Made by a program: the position numbers and the translations under genes
Part shown: positions 13,464-28,900 of the stretch, piece after piece
How positions within the stretch are numbered: position 1 is the stretch's first letter
How the letters are laid out: each line of letters opens with the position of its first letter
From: Auanema rhodensis
Lineage: Eukaryota; Animalia; Nematoda
NCBI GenBank assembly: GCA_964057225.1
Contig: OZ059896.1
Location: 9,920,001-9,984,000, forward strand
Length of the DNA stretch: 64,000 nucleotides
Direction of reading: 5' to 3'
The notes under the pieces: model-generated
Database searches by the model: none
Seen by the model: only the letters and a program-made list of their open reading frames with translations
Told to the model about the DNA's origin: nothing

Positions 13464-16400
13464 TTAATGCATGGTAAGTAGCGCCAAGCTTGATAAAGGA
13501 CATGCCGCAAAAGCATTATGCTCTGTACGTACAGTTACTTTACTATCTTGTAATGTATCAGGCTGTGCAAAAACTATCTGCAACAAAACAGAATATTATT
13601 CATATAGTATATGTATTATATTTTTTTCAAAAAGATATACTAACCTGATCACGGTACATGCGTAGCTTCTGTTCGGCTACAAAAAAATTTTGTTGAATTC
13701 TCATGGGTTGTTCTCCTGCACGTATAGGTGCTACACATGTAGCCGGAAACGACATCAGATATTCCGTTCTATATATAGATATATATATTAAAATAAAGTT
13801 ATAATTAGAATTAAAAGATATATGTGTATCTTATAGTAATATTCAAATACAAGGTATTGAATAATATCATATAATACAGTATATACAGTAACACTAACCT
13901 ATCACTAGCTCTGAATCCGTGAAGCCAATCAGGATCTCCATTATCCACAACCCGTATGCGTTCTCCTAATTGAAGTGCTGGTCCACCATTTGGAGGGCAA
14001 TATTCATGAATGACTATGTGACCACCAAAATTAGCTAAAAATGTCTCTTATCAGAATTTAAAAATTAAAAAAAAGTTTTAATAACTATAGTATAGATGAA
14101 TTCATATAAATGTATAAAATTATTTTTATATTCTATATATATATATATATCAAATTATTAAATATATGTATACTTTCTCGTTTACGTAAGTAACTAATTC
14201 AATGAAATTAACTGGTTCAATAAGATTTAATTTATTGAAATTTGATAGAATATTTGAATATGTTGATGTATTAATCTTATTTATAATATAAACAAACTTT
14301 GTACTAACCTAAAGAAGCACTGCTTCTTCTACTAGTTACAGTACACGGACTACAACTGCGATCCCAATCAGAGAGATCGGATGCGCTGTTCTTAGCTCTA
14401 TACTCTCGGGCAGCCAGCTTGGACCCTAAAAGAAAAGAATTTGATAATAAAATGATTAGTTAATATACGGTATGGTTTATAAATAAAATTTCATTTCAGT
14501 AGTATGTAAGGATGGATGAATGTATTTGTATGGTGGATTATACTACTTTTATACAAAAATAAATGTAATGGTATCTTCGAAAGTTAAGTTATACAATTCA
14601 AAAAAATGAACAAAAGTTTAATAAATGATGTGTGAAAATATTTGCAATACTTTTAATTAATGTGTCGGGGAAATTAAATGAGGTCATAGAATAGAAAAGC
14701 TCCCCCCTCCCCCCTTCTTTCTCTCTCTCTCTCTCTCTCTCCCTCTATTCTCTACTTTCTCTTTACTCATCCAAGGCATTCGTAAGAGAGGGTGAAAAGA
14801 GGTAATTGATAAAAGAGAAATATACGAGAAGAGGGGGCATTTAGAAGGGTTTGCGCAAATATTCGACTTACGTAGGGGGCTTCGGTTAGCTGCTTGAATC
14901 TTAGGTGGCATTTCCTGATAATCAAGTGATAACGATTTCATCTGGGTTGTTAATTTTGGAGCTCGTCGGCGTCCTGTTGATCGACCTGAAAATAATTTTT
15001 CTTAAAAGAATACAAATTTATTCAAATATTTTGAATAAATTAATTCATTCTTTGAGTTTAAATATATTTTCTTACATTTTCTTAATGGTGATTTAGTACA
15101 TAATAAGCTCATGATAACTTAATTTTGTACACAAAACAACAATAAATATTGTAGTTGAAGAAAAAATAAAAAATGATGAACGAGTTGAGAATGAGTTGAT
15201 TAATATAGGGTCAGAAGCAGAAAAACGTATAATTGCTTGAGATCTGTGGATTTGAGATTACTCATATTTTCTCACTGCAACCTAATAAGCTCGTAGCACG
15301 AACAAGCCATCAGAGAAAATTTTGGTTTTGAAATCTGTTGGTCGCTGTTTCACTCTCGACTGCGTCTGATTCCCGGGCAACGAAAATACAAGTCAGTGAA
15401 AAAGGGATAAGCTACGTGAGGGGGGAGGAATATAAGAGCATTTACAGAAAATACGAAAGAAAATAAAGAAACTGATGATACGGATAAATAAGAAAGATTT
15501 TTTTTTTCAGATTTAAGAATCTTCTTATTGAGATAATGCAGAAAATATAGACTAAAGATGAAAAGTAGCTATGATCATGTAGGAATATTATCAAACATCA
15601 AGAATTGACGCAAATAGTTATATTTTTACTTCTTAATAGCTAAGCATAGAAACGAGGGAGTTCTTTATATTTTCGGATAAAATGGAGATAAAAGTATTGA
15701 TGAATCAGGTAGATTTTCGGGCTGATTAACTATTATATCCATTATTTATATGAGAAGATACTGAAATCCAAGATTCAGGAGTGGTAGACTAGGAACAATT
15801 CAGTTCAGCGAGGTATAATAGGGAGAGCGAAAAAATTTAAGTGAGTGAAAAGAAGTGGTTGAGCTGGAGACGAGGAGAGGCTATGAAAGAGAGATATTTC
15901 GGACAGCAAGAGAAATCGGAGGTTCTGATGGGAACCGGAAACTCTTTTTTTGAAATTATGAATGAAACCATTACGAAATATGAATATATTATATCAATAG
16001 TTACATGCTTAAAGAAGAATAAGAAGAAGAATAAGTAGAAGAAGCAGGAAAAGAAGAGGAAGAATATGCGGAAAAACATTTGAGAAGATAGGCACACGGA
16101 AGATCAGTATAATATTGAACTTTCTGCTCTTTCACCCGATTAAATGTATCCATCAAAGAATAAAAAGGACAACGAATACATGAAAGAATGAATTATCAAG
16201 ATTTAGGAGACCAGCAAGAAACAGAATGAGTACTAGTAGTGAATAGAGGTTGAAAAGAAATAATAAGAGGGGGAGGATAGAAAAGTAATAAAAGTCAGCA
16301 GGGTAAAAGAATAAGAAATATATGAAAAAGAGTAAAGAAACAAAGAAAGAATAGGAAATCAAATGATAGAGCGATGGAGAAGGAGCGAGGGTAGAAAGCA

Positions 16401-19400
16401 CGATGTGTTATAGTAAATCTAAGAGAAAGAGTAAAAGATCTAATAGGATTAGGATTTTGAGACTTGTCATTGAACGCCACGGATGAGAATCAAATGGGCA
16501 AAACTTGAAGATAGTTTGAAGAAAATTCAAAACAACCTAAGTTGTTCGTCGTAAGAAAAGGAGACATGTTATCAGTTCAATGAAAGCTGCAAAAAAAAAT
16601 AATTTCCAGTTTCTTTTTCTACAAGAAAAAAGAAAAGGTTTGAACAACAAAAAACAGATTGATAGATACTAATCTCGAAAAAAAATGAATCTCTGAATTG
16701 TGAAGAACTCTGAAGTATACATCATCTTATATAGTTTGAATATAATTTAAAAAAAAAACAGTTTTTATTATAAAAAAAATAGTTGTCATTTGATAAACTG
16801 TTGAGAATGGTAAAAAAATAATATGAAAAATAAGAAAGGAAAGAACAAGAGATGAGGGGGTGGAGATGGGAAAATTGAAAAAAATCAGTAGGAAACTATG
16901 CTAAAACGCCAAAAATGAAATATTAAATGCAAATACTTGCATTGGGATTTTGTAATTAATTTCAAATAATAAATATGAATTTGAGAAATATTTTTAAGAT
17001 TCTTAGAAAAATAAAGAAGAAGAGGTATGTACATATATTTCTATAAAACCTTTTAATCTTTCTCTATATACATATGTATTTTTTAATATTTATAAATAAA
17101 ATATAATATAATATAATATAATACATATATATATATATATATATATATATTAATGTATAAATGTAAATATAAAAAAGACAAACCAGCATTATCAAGATGA
17201 GGAGTTGAGCCCAACATAGGATCGTGATTGTTTGCCGTATTCATATCCACGTAACCGGAATCCTACAATGTATACTAAACGTAATTTTGTGGTATGATTC
17301 TCTTAAAAATATTCTGATTTTCGAATCAAGGTTACATAATTTTTGATTTTCTGAATATTTTTTAATATAATAATATTTATTATTCAAAATAATATCTTTT
17401 AGCCTTTTCAATATATTTGCTTAAATTTTGTTAAAGAAAAAATCTTTTTAGATGGATTGCTATCCAGAACACTCAACTTGAAAACTTTTTGCGTCAAACT
17501 TGTTAACAACTTAGATACATTTTCGATAGAAGTAATAGGTTCAAGTGGACATGTCTGACGTTCTTCCACTTCACATTCCGTGGATCATTTCTCTACCCAG
17601 CTTCTCACTCGCAAAAAAAATCGAAATTATGTTTTTTTTTTTTAAATTCTCACTTCTCACTGTTAGCTTTTCGCTATTTATTCAATATTATCAGTTTTCT
17701 TTAATCACCTGTAGAGATACTTGAGATAAGTTACGTGGACTTGGCGTGCCTGAGTCCAGGTTATTTGTTGAGGAACCTCGTCGGCCGTATTTTCCTGTAG
17801 CTTGCTTCAATGCTAGATATACGGGATCAATGGGAGTATCTGAAAAAAAGTATAATTTATATAAATAGTCAATACAATCAAACGAATAGTTTGTGAAAGA
17901 AATTAGTTTATACCGATTTTTGGTATGAGAAGTTAAGATTTCCTTGTAGCTGGGTTAGAAAATATTCTCATGGCTCTATTGCAAAACAAATTATTTTATA
18001 TTAAAAATTATATAAAATATATAATATGTATACATCTATTTTCATTATTTTTAATTTACGAAAAGTAAAAGAAAAAAAATACAACGAGGACAATTGATCT
18101 CTGACTTTGCAAACTTTGCTGTATACAACATCGTGCAAGCAATTGCCGTGAGTATTGGTGGTCAAATACAATAATTACGTAAATTTCTAATGATTAAATA
18201 TAATGAAGTGAATTATTTTTTGAATTTTCGATTATTTAAATATAATAGGTATGAATATTTATCAAATCACGACTTAGAGACCAAAGAGTTGCACAATAGA
18301 ATATAGAATATTTGTATGGCTTCTCTTCGATGGAAGACTTAGTATAATTGTGTCGAAAAAAAATTATTCGGCTTCATATTTAGAAATTATTTTGAAATAA
18401 AAACTTTCTTTAACCTCCTATCTCATTTACGTAAAGTATAGAGAGATGTTCTGAGATTTGTTTGAAAGTAATAAGAGAAGACGAGTTGAGGATTCTAGAT
18501 TCTTAAACTACTAGATTTACAAGTTTTACTGTTAATGATTAAAGAATAATATATACACGAATTATTTATATAATAAAGAGATATATGTATATGTATACAC
18601 ATATTTATGTGGAAATATAAAAAAATTTTTAAGACATTTCTTGGTAAATATCTATGTAATTTATATCATATCATGACATTATTCTTTTTCATCTTTTAAA
18701 TTATTAATTTTATAAATTCATAGTAGTTGTTTAACTCTGATTTCCTAAAGCGTTTGGAAACGTTTTGACATTCCCTAAGTTAAACTGTTATCTACATTCT
18801 TCTCATTTTCAATCTTTTCATTTGAGATTCATCTAAATCCTTTTTCTTCGGAACAATTTGCCATACTTGTCAATGCCATCAGACAACTACGTTCTTCAAA
18901 ATTCAATTTAATTTTTTCGTAAGCCTGAAATAAGAGAAAAAGATGACAAATGCATCAGAATTGAATAAATCAGATTCATAGAGCAATTGTTTTTCTTTTT
19001 CTTTTCTTTTTTTATTTTGTTTAATGTAATTTTGATATTTGAAGATTTCAATATGATCTCAAAATAGGTTTGGCTTTAGCTTCAATTTTCATCTTATATT
19101 ATTTGTTTTATTAATATAATACAATAAACAAATAAAATGTTTAAATCAGAGCAGTTGTACTTGAGTTTGATGATGATTTTTGGTCAACTTTTTCTATATA
19201 AACTTATTCTATAAATTTTGTAAATGTTTTAAATAATATTATTTGTATTGAAGACTAAGTATAAACTTATTTAATTGTTCTTCCCTATGTATATCAAGTG
19301 CATTACGTAATATTCGTCATTGTTCTTGTCCGTTTAGTATGTTGAAAAAAGTTTAGGAACATAGGAAATAAAACAAAAATTATTAGTTATAGTTTTAGGT

Positions 19401-22260
19401 TTGAACTAGGAAGAGAAACGAAGCTTTTGACTTTGAGCAATGAGAAGAATTAATGAAATATTTATGATATATAGCTAAACTAAACTTGTCGATTTAACAG
19501 AATAATTTCGCCTACTCTAACCATTAAGCTGAAGTTTGAAAGTGTAAGAGATAGAAAGAGAGAGAGAGAGAAAGCATGTGAGAGAGAATAAGCAAGAGAG
19601 AGAGAGACTGGAAAATACCTTAAAGCCTTTTTCCTTACTGCTTTTTCCTTTCTCGCTTTCCGACACAACGTCGCTATGCTCTTCTCGCAAACTCTTTTCT
19701 TTTCCTCTTTCTTCCTAATACTCATTCACGAAATAAAAATACTTTCTGTAGTATTACAGCAAACGTTCACAACCTTCTTGTTTCATAGACTTAATTGTCT
19801 TTTTTTTTCTCTTCAAGAAAAAGATAACATACATAGGTTGATCTCTGAAGCAAACCTTAGGAAAAAACTCAGGAAAAAGAACCGTGAAAAACAAAAATTA
19901 GCCAAAAATCCTTCATGCGTCAATTGCTATGTATAAATTTTAAAAAATGAGAAGTTTTTCTATCAAAGATTTATGAAATGGTGTATTTAATATGTTGTTT
20001 GAGGTGAGATCGTTTGTTGCCTGGGACAAAGTTGTCAAGAAACAGCATAGTTTCAAATGAGAATTCATAAATTATTGTATAATTTAGACTTCTAGTATGG
20101 TATCGTTTAGCAAATATTATATTTTTGTATATTCCAATAAATATTCTATTTATACTAGATGATTGTATAGTATATCCTATATAGGTTTCCGTAATAGTCA
20201 ACAAGCATACTACATAACAGTTGACATGTAAGCTTGAACTCATATTCAAAAAAAAAAAATTGCTGTGTTATATAAATAAAATTACTATAACATGAGTATA
20301 ATTATAAGAATATATTTATATAAAAAGCAAAAATTCTTTGCTTTCTAGGTTGAATTGAAAAAGCAACAAAACATGCGAAAGTCTGTGAATTCAACATGAT
20401 AGTTACGCAATACTTATCCACAATCCTTGTGAATATATATGATTTTTCGTTTGTTTTCAATTCAAATTTGTAGAAGCAATTCCAGAACTATATATATATA
20501 TATATATATGTATTTGTATATATGAACTAGTAAAAATATATATCAACTCTTTTATAATTGATTAATTATAATAACAAAAAAAAATGTTGTAATCTTATAT
20601 ACATATGAATATTTTTTTCATTTTTTTATTTCATAATTAAAAAAAAAAGAAAGAAATGACAAAATATTCAGCTTATTTGTAGTATCTTGTTACATCTGTT
20701 GACTTATTCTTATATAAAGAATCAGAAAAATATATGCAGAGTGCATGAATCAGAACAATAATTTTACCTTTTTTATTTCCAAAAATAAAGTTGCTGACGT
20801 AAAAGCTTTACCAATACTTTAAAGTAATATCTTTTCGTCTTCGAATTGTTTTTATTTTCTTCGAAATGGCCATTTAGGGCGATGTTTAAAGATTGTTTTT
20901 CTTTAACAGTCCCCAATGAATAATGAAAGATTAGAATGTCTTTCTTTTCTTTTTCTTTTTTTTTTGGGAAAAAGTTTAAAACAATTATTGAGAATGTATA
21001 AACTTAAATTTCAAATGAAATATTAACAATACTAATTATACTAATTATGTGTTTGTATACTATTACTTACTTCTCTATTCAATCTTAAAATAAGTAAATA
21101 GGATATTAAAAGCTATAAGGAAGTATGAAAGTTTGTTCTAATTTTCATTTCAATTTTCAAAGAAAAAAAAATTACATATCTATTCTTTTCAAATAAAATG
21201 AATAAATAATGATATGAATTATATTTTTCTTTTTGACATGGCTTAGTTCCATTTATAATTTTTGAAAAAAAAAAGATTATTTATAAAACACGTTTACATG
21301 AATATTATTTCTACTAATTAGGTTTAAAATAATTTTCCAAATATCCAATGAAGATGACGTTGACTGATTTAAATGCTTAGAATGAAAATGAAAGGGGTAG
21401 GACGACAAGTAGAGGACAAAATGGAAGCTAGATGTATATGTATATATTCTTATGAACGAATAACATTAACATGATAGTCTAATAGAATAAAAATTTTATA
21501 AAAAAATTGAATAAAAAAAAATTTTTTTTTTGTCTTCATGGTATGTTTGTTATATTATATTTGAAAATGAATCATTTTCATAAATACATACATATATTTC
21601 AAATAGAAATACTATTTGTATTAAAATCATCAGGAGAGATTGAAAAGAAATATATTTGTTATATTATGTTTACATATAATTATTTTATTAATTGTATTTA
21701 ATGTTTGGGAAAAATAATATTTTAAAATCATACTAACCTTCAATTTCTCTGCTTGGCGTACTTTCGTTCGAATAATGCATTTCACGTTCTCTCTGAAAAC
21801 GGGTAGCTAGATCAGATTGATGGGCTCGACGTAAAAATCGGCGAGGTATATTAGGATTCGACATAGGTTGTGATGGTGAGTATGATGACAGAGCTTGACC
21901 ATTATGAACTGCTCTAGATGCTGCAGTAGAGGGACTGCATGTTGCCATAGATGTTGATGTCATAACGCGTGAACGGACACGCTGCTGAAACTCTTTGGCA
22001 TCAGAGTTTCCGACTACCATCGTGCTATACAGATCTGGCTCGGATTGACGAGCGTACAGATGATAGCCTGATGGTGATACAACACTTGCAGCAGATAATA
22101 TGCGGTTTGGACGAGATGGCAAAGTTCGCCGATCTCGTTTAGGAGATATGTGGGGTGCCGTTGTAGATGGCACAGCTTGCGTTTGAATTCCAAGCATTGG
22201 TACAGACATTGGAGTTTGAGGAAGCGACATACGCCGTCGATTAATAGTAGTTGTTGACAT
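13464..22260 (-). CDS. STAC-like adaptor, short isoform with alternative first exon 22260-21739
   Basis: 174-codon Ser/Arg/Pro-rich ATG exon, preceded by a TTTTCTAG acceptor 15 nt upstream with an in-frame stop (trans-splice-like). Its phase-1 donor matches the acceptor at 17839. Confidence 0.75.
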
Positions 22261-25200
22261 TTTTAATCAAAATAACTAGAAAATAATTTTTGGAAGAAGT
22301 TTATAGGCTGAAGGGATAAAATGTGCAGACAATAAAGCCCTACAGATTGGTGATAAAATAATATTATAGAATGAATATGTATTGGTCTGTAGTATATGAC
22401 TTTGCAGAAGTACTGTGATCTTTGTAACAAAGTTCAGATGCCTTCGTGAACACAGCCAAGGGCTGTTGAGGGGGAAAACGAAGGCTGAGCCTGTCGAATG
22501 GAATGCTTGAGCTACCACCCTCACGCCAAGTAGGCGTGGCTAATCTTATACATGAAATGAAGGCGTTGAGAGTAAAGAGAGGATAGGGAAATTTCAGAAG
22601 AAAGTAATTGAGAGAGAGGAAGGGAGAGAGGGAGAGGGAATAAAACGAACAAGAGTAGAAAAGGCTAAGAATATATGTATTGGGCCAAATATGATTAGCT
22701 ATTCGTTAAAAAGGCAAAAATAATTGATATTCAAGCAGGGGAAGACGAGTTTTTTGTCTCCAAAGTTGTAGTTCCCTATTATCATTGAAGCTGTGTTAAA
22801 TTTTGATCGTTTAAACCTATTTTTGCAACTTGAAAATTTTCAAATTCAAATATATAATTTGAAGAATAGAGCATGAAAAATTGCTCTTAGTTATCACTTT
22901 AGATCATCTATGCTCCTGTGCGAATTTAAAGCAAAGATAAGTATATGGATAAGATTTAAAATTTTATTTCCAAAAATTATAAAATATTGGCAGTTTCCGG
23001 TGTTTTTTTCTTGCTTTTTCAGCAATTTAAGCCAATTATCGTCGTTTTCTTCTCTTACATATGTTAAAAAGAAAATTAGAAGTTAAGCATGTATGTATGT
23101 TCAAATGGCAACTCATTCATACAAGTTTTTTGAAGGAAACTTATACAAACCATCATTGAAAGTCGTTGAATAAGTTATGTGACCAAAGATTTTATATCTA
23201 ATCTTAAATTCCATATTAGAATCATATGGGTTAAAGTTAATGCTGAATGATTAGAAAGTTTTGGAGCTAAATATGTTGTAGAAGATCAACATCTTTCTGA
23301 TTTTCAGATAAGAATTTGAATTAGAATGCCCTCAAAGATTTCAAACATTGACTTTAAAGAATGAGATAATAACTAAATACGGAAAGATATCAAGCATTTC
23401 CTATTTCCATTGAACTTTTCATTTCCTGTCTTCATTCATCGTTCGTTCTTTTTCTCTTTGTCATTCAATCACATAACTTTTTTGCATTTGAAGAAGACAC
23501 TTTATCTCGATTATTGCGATCAATTGAGCTTTTCAAATAGTGGCTAAACGTTTAGTTTAAAGAAAAAATAATAAAATTCTTATAGTCACATATAGTATAC
23601 ATATATATTTTTCGTTTTTTTTTACATATATGTGCAAATATCTGAAGAAAAAATAAATTGAGCACAAGAAATATCCAAGATTACTGAACTCAGTAATTTT
23701 CTACCCGTCCTACGGATGTTTTTGTTTCCTCTGCTTTGGATGGGGGGGGGGAGGGGTAATACAAGGCTTCATTCGAATGTTGAAGGACCTGGATCAAATT
23801 AGAAAATTTTTGCTCCACATAAAAGAGGAAGACAACGAGAACTGGATGATCCCAAACGAATAGTTATACCGCATATGACAGATATGAAAAATATTCAAAT
23901 TGTGATCACAATATTTCATAGTCATGTAGCATATAAAGCGGTTTCTAATTGCTTTATTCGTCTCCATTTCGGCATTTTTTATTTGTTGCTGGCTACTTTG
24001 AGTTTTTAATGGACCAAAATTGAAAAATCATGCAAACGTCTAGAGCCAGCCTTTATTGCCATTTTGGACTTCTGGCCTTCTGATCCTTAGAGACTAATAG
24101 AGGACGGAGCGATTATGTTTTACGAGTATTCACTCAAAATGCTGAATAACATCAGAAGCTCAACTTGATCTGATGAAATCTTCGCCAGTATTCAGCTTGG
24201 AACAATTTGTGCTTCCTTTTTTTGCTGCGATTTCCCACACTTGTCTCATTAAAGCTTGGTACTCTCCCTTTTTCTCGAAGTCTGTTCATTAGGTTCATCT
24301 TTTAAACTTTAAAAAATTATATTTTTCTCTTTAAGTGTTTGAACAAAACTTTTTATATTTTATAGAAAGTATATATATATCTTCAAAATACTCTAATATA
24401 TATCATAATTCAATGTCCGTATGCAAATGCATATTTTCGTTTCAGTTTTCTATATTATTCCAAAAAAAAAATTGTAGCCAGTATAGTTCTTTCGAAGAAA
24501 CAAGATGATCATATAATCATCATCCCCTATATTAATTCCACCTCCGCATATTTTATCCAGGAATGTTTGATGTTCTATTTGGATCTTCGTACTCTCTCTC
24601 TCTTTCTTGTTCTCTCATTCTCTCCATCTCGCTCTTTCCCTCTTAATATCTGTATCTATTTCTCTTTCTGTTACTTCTTCTTTCTTTTCTTTTTTTTTCC
24701 ACTCACATATTTTTCTTATAATTCACCTTTCGGGCCTACACTTTAGCATTTCCTTCTATATCATCTGAACTTCTGTCTTTAATTTAAACTTTCATACGGC
24801 AAAATAACTAACCAACGTGCAATGTTGTTTGTTAGTTTCAAAGTGTATTTATAGAACCTTTTCAAGATTTTCAAGATGATAATGAATTTGAAAACAGATT
24901 TTGAGGAAAACTTTCAGTATAATTCCGAGAAGAGAAATTTTACAGGTTTTACAGATAAAGAATATTTTTTAAACCGTAGCTCCCATCATTGAGGCTTCTT
25001 CAAAAAAACAAAAAATTTTTTTGGTTCAAAAAGTACAAAAAATGGATGATGTAAGAAAAAAATTAGCCAAAAAAAAAAAAAAGAAATATACATATGCATT
25101 CATATTCATTCATATGCATATATACATATACATATATATATGTATATGTACATTCTCTCTGTGTAATATCAGATTTCTATATCAAGAATAGATTGTCATT

Positions 25201-25890
25201 TACATCTCAATAACTGCTTACTTTCCTCTTCTTATATTAAACTCTAACGATCATATTCCTAATCATTCAACACATAAAATTAGAAGATAAAAATAAAGTT
25301 CAGAATTATTTGAGGCGGAAGCAAGAGGTAGAACAGTTTATTTTCATATATGCATCCATATATTCTTGTTTAATAGCTAAACTTAGACATATTTTTCTCA
25401 TTTCCCTTATTATCATATCTTTCTTATAGTTATTTTGTTATAAATAGATATATTATTAACTTTTAGATTATGTACATACTATGTATTGATGTGTCTATAT
25501 GTATATCTGAATATACATATGTATGTATATGTACATCATGTACATGCATATACACATATGGTCAAAATATATAAGAAAATCGAAAGAAAAATAATAATAA
25601 TAGAATAAGAATACTTTTTTTTTCTTGTAAATGATGCAAATGTAGAATACAATATAGGGATATATACTTAAATATCTCTATATATATGTATTATAAATAA
25701 ATATAATATATCAAAGATTTTGAGAAGATAAAAATAAAAATAGATATTTCTATATAAGAAATAAAAAAGAAAATGTTTGGCCTAACTATTATCTTTAATA
25801 GCTTATTTAGAAATATTATACGTATCAAGTATTATTCATACTTTTACTAATATTATCTAATTCCTAGATTAAGATATAACAACTCCTCCA

Positions 25891-25921
<31 letters not shown>

Positions 25922-28900
25922 TACCTCTTATTGTCGAATTGTGTTCAATTTCAATAAACTAATAACTATATAAGTATAATTAGAACTAACCACTGTTCTA
26001 TGGAGTGGCAGTTTGAAACGATGAAGACCCTGTACAACTCGAAATGCTGCTGACCATTTTCGACGAGCATGGTTAGCCGTGACCGCATCGCTTGGCGTAG
26101 ACTCTTTTGAGCTCATTGACTCAGATGTTTCTGGAAAACAAGAAAAGTATAATATATCATGAAAGTATAACATATAGTCTAAATGTGAAAAGAAATAAAT
26201 CTTGGATATGTTAAATTTTTAAGATAAATGTTGTTTGAGTAGTTTCATACAACTCTTCCTTCAAACTGAGAATCATAATAATATTTTGAATTGGAAGAAA
26301 TAAATGCAAAAATTTATCAAATATTTATTAATCCGTGTTGAAACTAAGTTGAAGTTTTGTAATCAAAGTTATGATCTGTGAACTTTGCGTTCCATCTTCA
26401 ATACTGAACATACATATGCATTGATTGACTCTCGTATGTATTTTATATATAATTAGAGATAATTTGTCTTATAGTTTGAAAGCTTTTTATTTCTAAAGTA
26501 AGTTGTAAAGATTAAAAACCATAGTTATTACATTCTATTCTAGGTATTGAATAAAAACATTTTAGAAAAGCATAATGTTAAAGAAATGAAATTGCTCTAT
26601 TGAAGTAATTAGGACATTAGTAGATGCTTGTATGTGCCACCGAATGAAACATGACTTTAACTGAACTAGTCAATAAAAGTATTGATGCATATACATATAC
26701 TAAAAGAAACTGTATGATATAAATAGATAGATGTATATATAAATTGATAGATAATTCAGTAAAATCAAAAAAAAAAGTATAATTATATGATAAATGACTA
26801 TATATATATATAATCTCTATTTGCATATATGTATAGAGATATCAATAATATTCAATGTTAAAGTATTCAATAAGTCATACATGTTTCGATGTATATAAAC
26901 ATTTCCGTATTTATAGAATGACATCAACGAAATATTAAAAAAAACGGGAGAATATGAGTGTCAGAGACATTGAGAGAGAAAGAGAGAGAAGAGAGAGAGA
27001 GAGAGGAAGGGAGAGAGAGAAGAAAAAAATCAAATGAGACGTAACAACTGTTTTAAAGGAGTCTAGTATGAAATCTCAGACAATTTTCAAAATACTGCTT
27101 CACGTTTGTCATGCAGTGCAACCGTAGTCATTAAGTAATTGTAATAATAACTCTTTTGAATGCCAAAAAGTTTATATTTTTCGAGTAAGCAACCACTTGG
27201 TGCGCATACACTTCAACAATATTTGACGGAAGTTGTCATTTTTGACATTTTCACGTTGGGTTTTCACGCGATAATGTATCAGAAAATCAAATAATCTCAT
27301 ATCTTAGTTATTGATATAGATAGAAATGCTTGAAAATAATTAAAAATTTTACTTTAATAAAAGTTTTTATAAGGTAATATATTTCTGAGAATTTATTACT
27401 AAAATCATTAATAGCGTGAAGAAGAAGAAAAAGAAAAAAACCGTTTGGTTATGATACTATGTTTGAAATTTATAAAACTAACAAAACTTAAACGATTGAA
27501 TTACAAATAAGCTATAAGAAAAGTTTTATATATAGAAAAATAATGGATGGGAAAATGATGCTTGGACGGGATGACCATAAAGATAAAAAAAGAATACAAA
27601 GATACAAAGAGTGAAAATGAAATTGGAGAATGTTTTGAATGAAAACAAGGATCAGATGAAAGTTATAATGATCCAGTAAGCTTGCGGTAATGAACATACT
27701 AGAAAAAAGTACTGAAAGCGATAAGTGAAAGCGATAAGTAAAACAAGGAAAACGAGCAAGAAACAATTTTCTTGTACTATTTTACGATAATGTCTATTTC
27801 ATTTTTCAACAACATTACGATTTATGAACATTGTAATAGAGTAAAGTTAAAAAATAAATAAATAATAACTAATATCTAATTAAGTAAAAAGTACTTATAA
27901 CATAAATTAATTTATTTTTAATTTATTATATTATAATTATTAAAATCTAATGAAATGATTTAATATTATAAATTATGTAAAATGAATATCCGGTCAAAAT
28001 AAAGAAGCAACACACACACACATGCACATGCACACACACACACACATATACACAAAATCATCTACTTTTTCATATTCATCATTGGTAGTTTTTATAAGTG
28101 TTTTTCGACATCATTCAAAATTTTTCTTTGGTCCGGAAATGAAAGTTCAAGTATTCTTAGAAAAAGATTTTCAAATAAAATTATTAACATTTTATGAATA
28201 TATTTTAAAAACTATAAGAAAACACATAAATTAAATTGAATTGAACTATATGAGAAGCAATAAGTCATGTTGCTTCGAAAGTTTAAATAAAGTATGTTTG
28301 AAACGTTTGCATATTTAAACTTAAGGCTTATTTAATACAAAACAATATGAAATATTATTTTGTATAACTGTTTGAGATTTCATTTGAAAGTTTTGAAAAG
28401 TTACTTGCGATTGTTTTTGTTATTGTCAAAGTTCAAAAGAATAAAAAACAGCGAAAGTCAACAATAATGAAGTTTTCTAAGTTAAATTATTTTACTGAGG
28501 TATACATATTTCAAAAATATAATAAGTTTGAAAATCCAATAGAATATGCTCCAATATGATAAATCTGGTTAGGCAAGGAATTGAAAAGGGGAAGAAGAAA
28601 TGAAAAAATGTTGTCAGACTATATTTAATAAGAAATACTATAGCAATGAAATGACATATAAACTATAATATAGTCATCATTTCTTGAATACAAATTAAAA
28701 AATTGAACTTTCAAAACTTCAAAAAGGCTGCAGCTGAATTGAACTGGAGTTACAACTCATACCTAAGCATATTTAATAAAATAAAATGAAATTTTTATTT
28801 AGAATGAAAACGACTATTTTACAAAACCTATTGCTTCCACAAAAAAATATTGTGTTTAGAGCTTACAGAAACTGACAAAAATGGCACATCAGCCAGCTGA

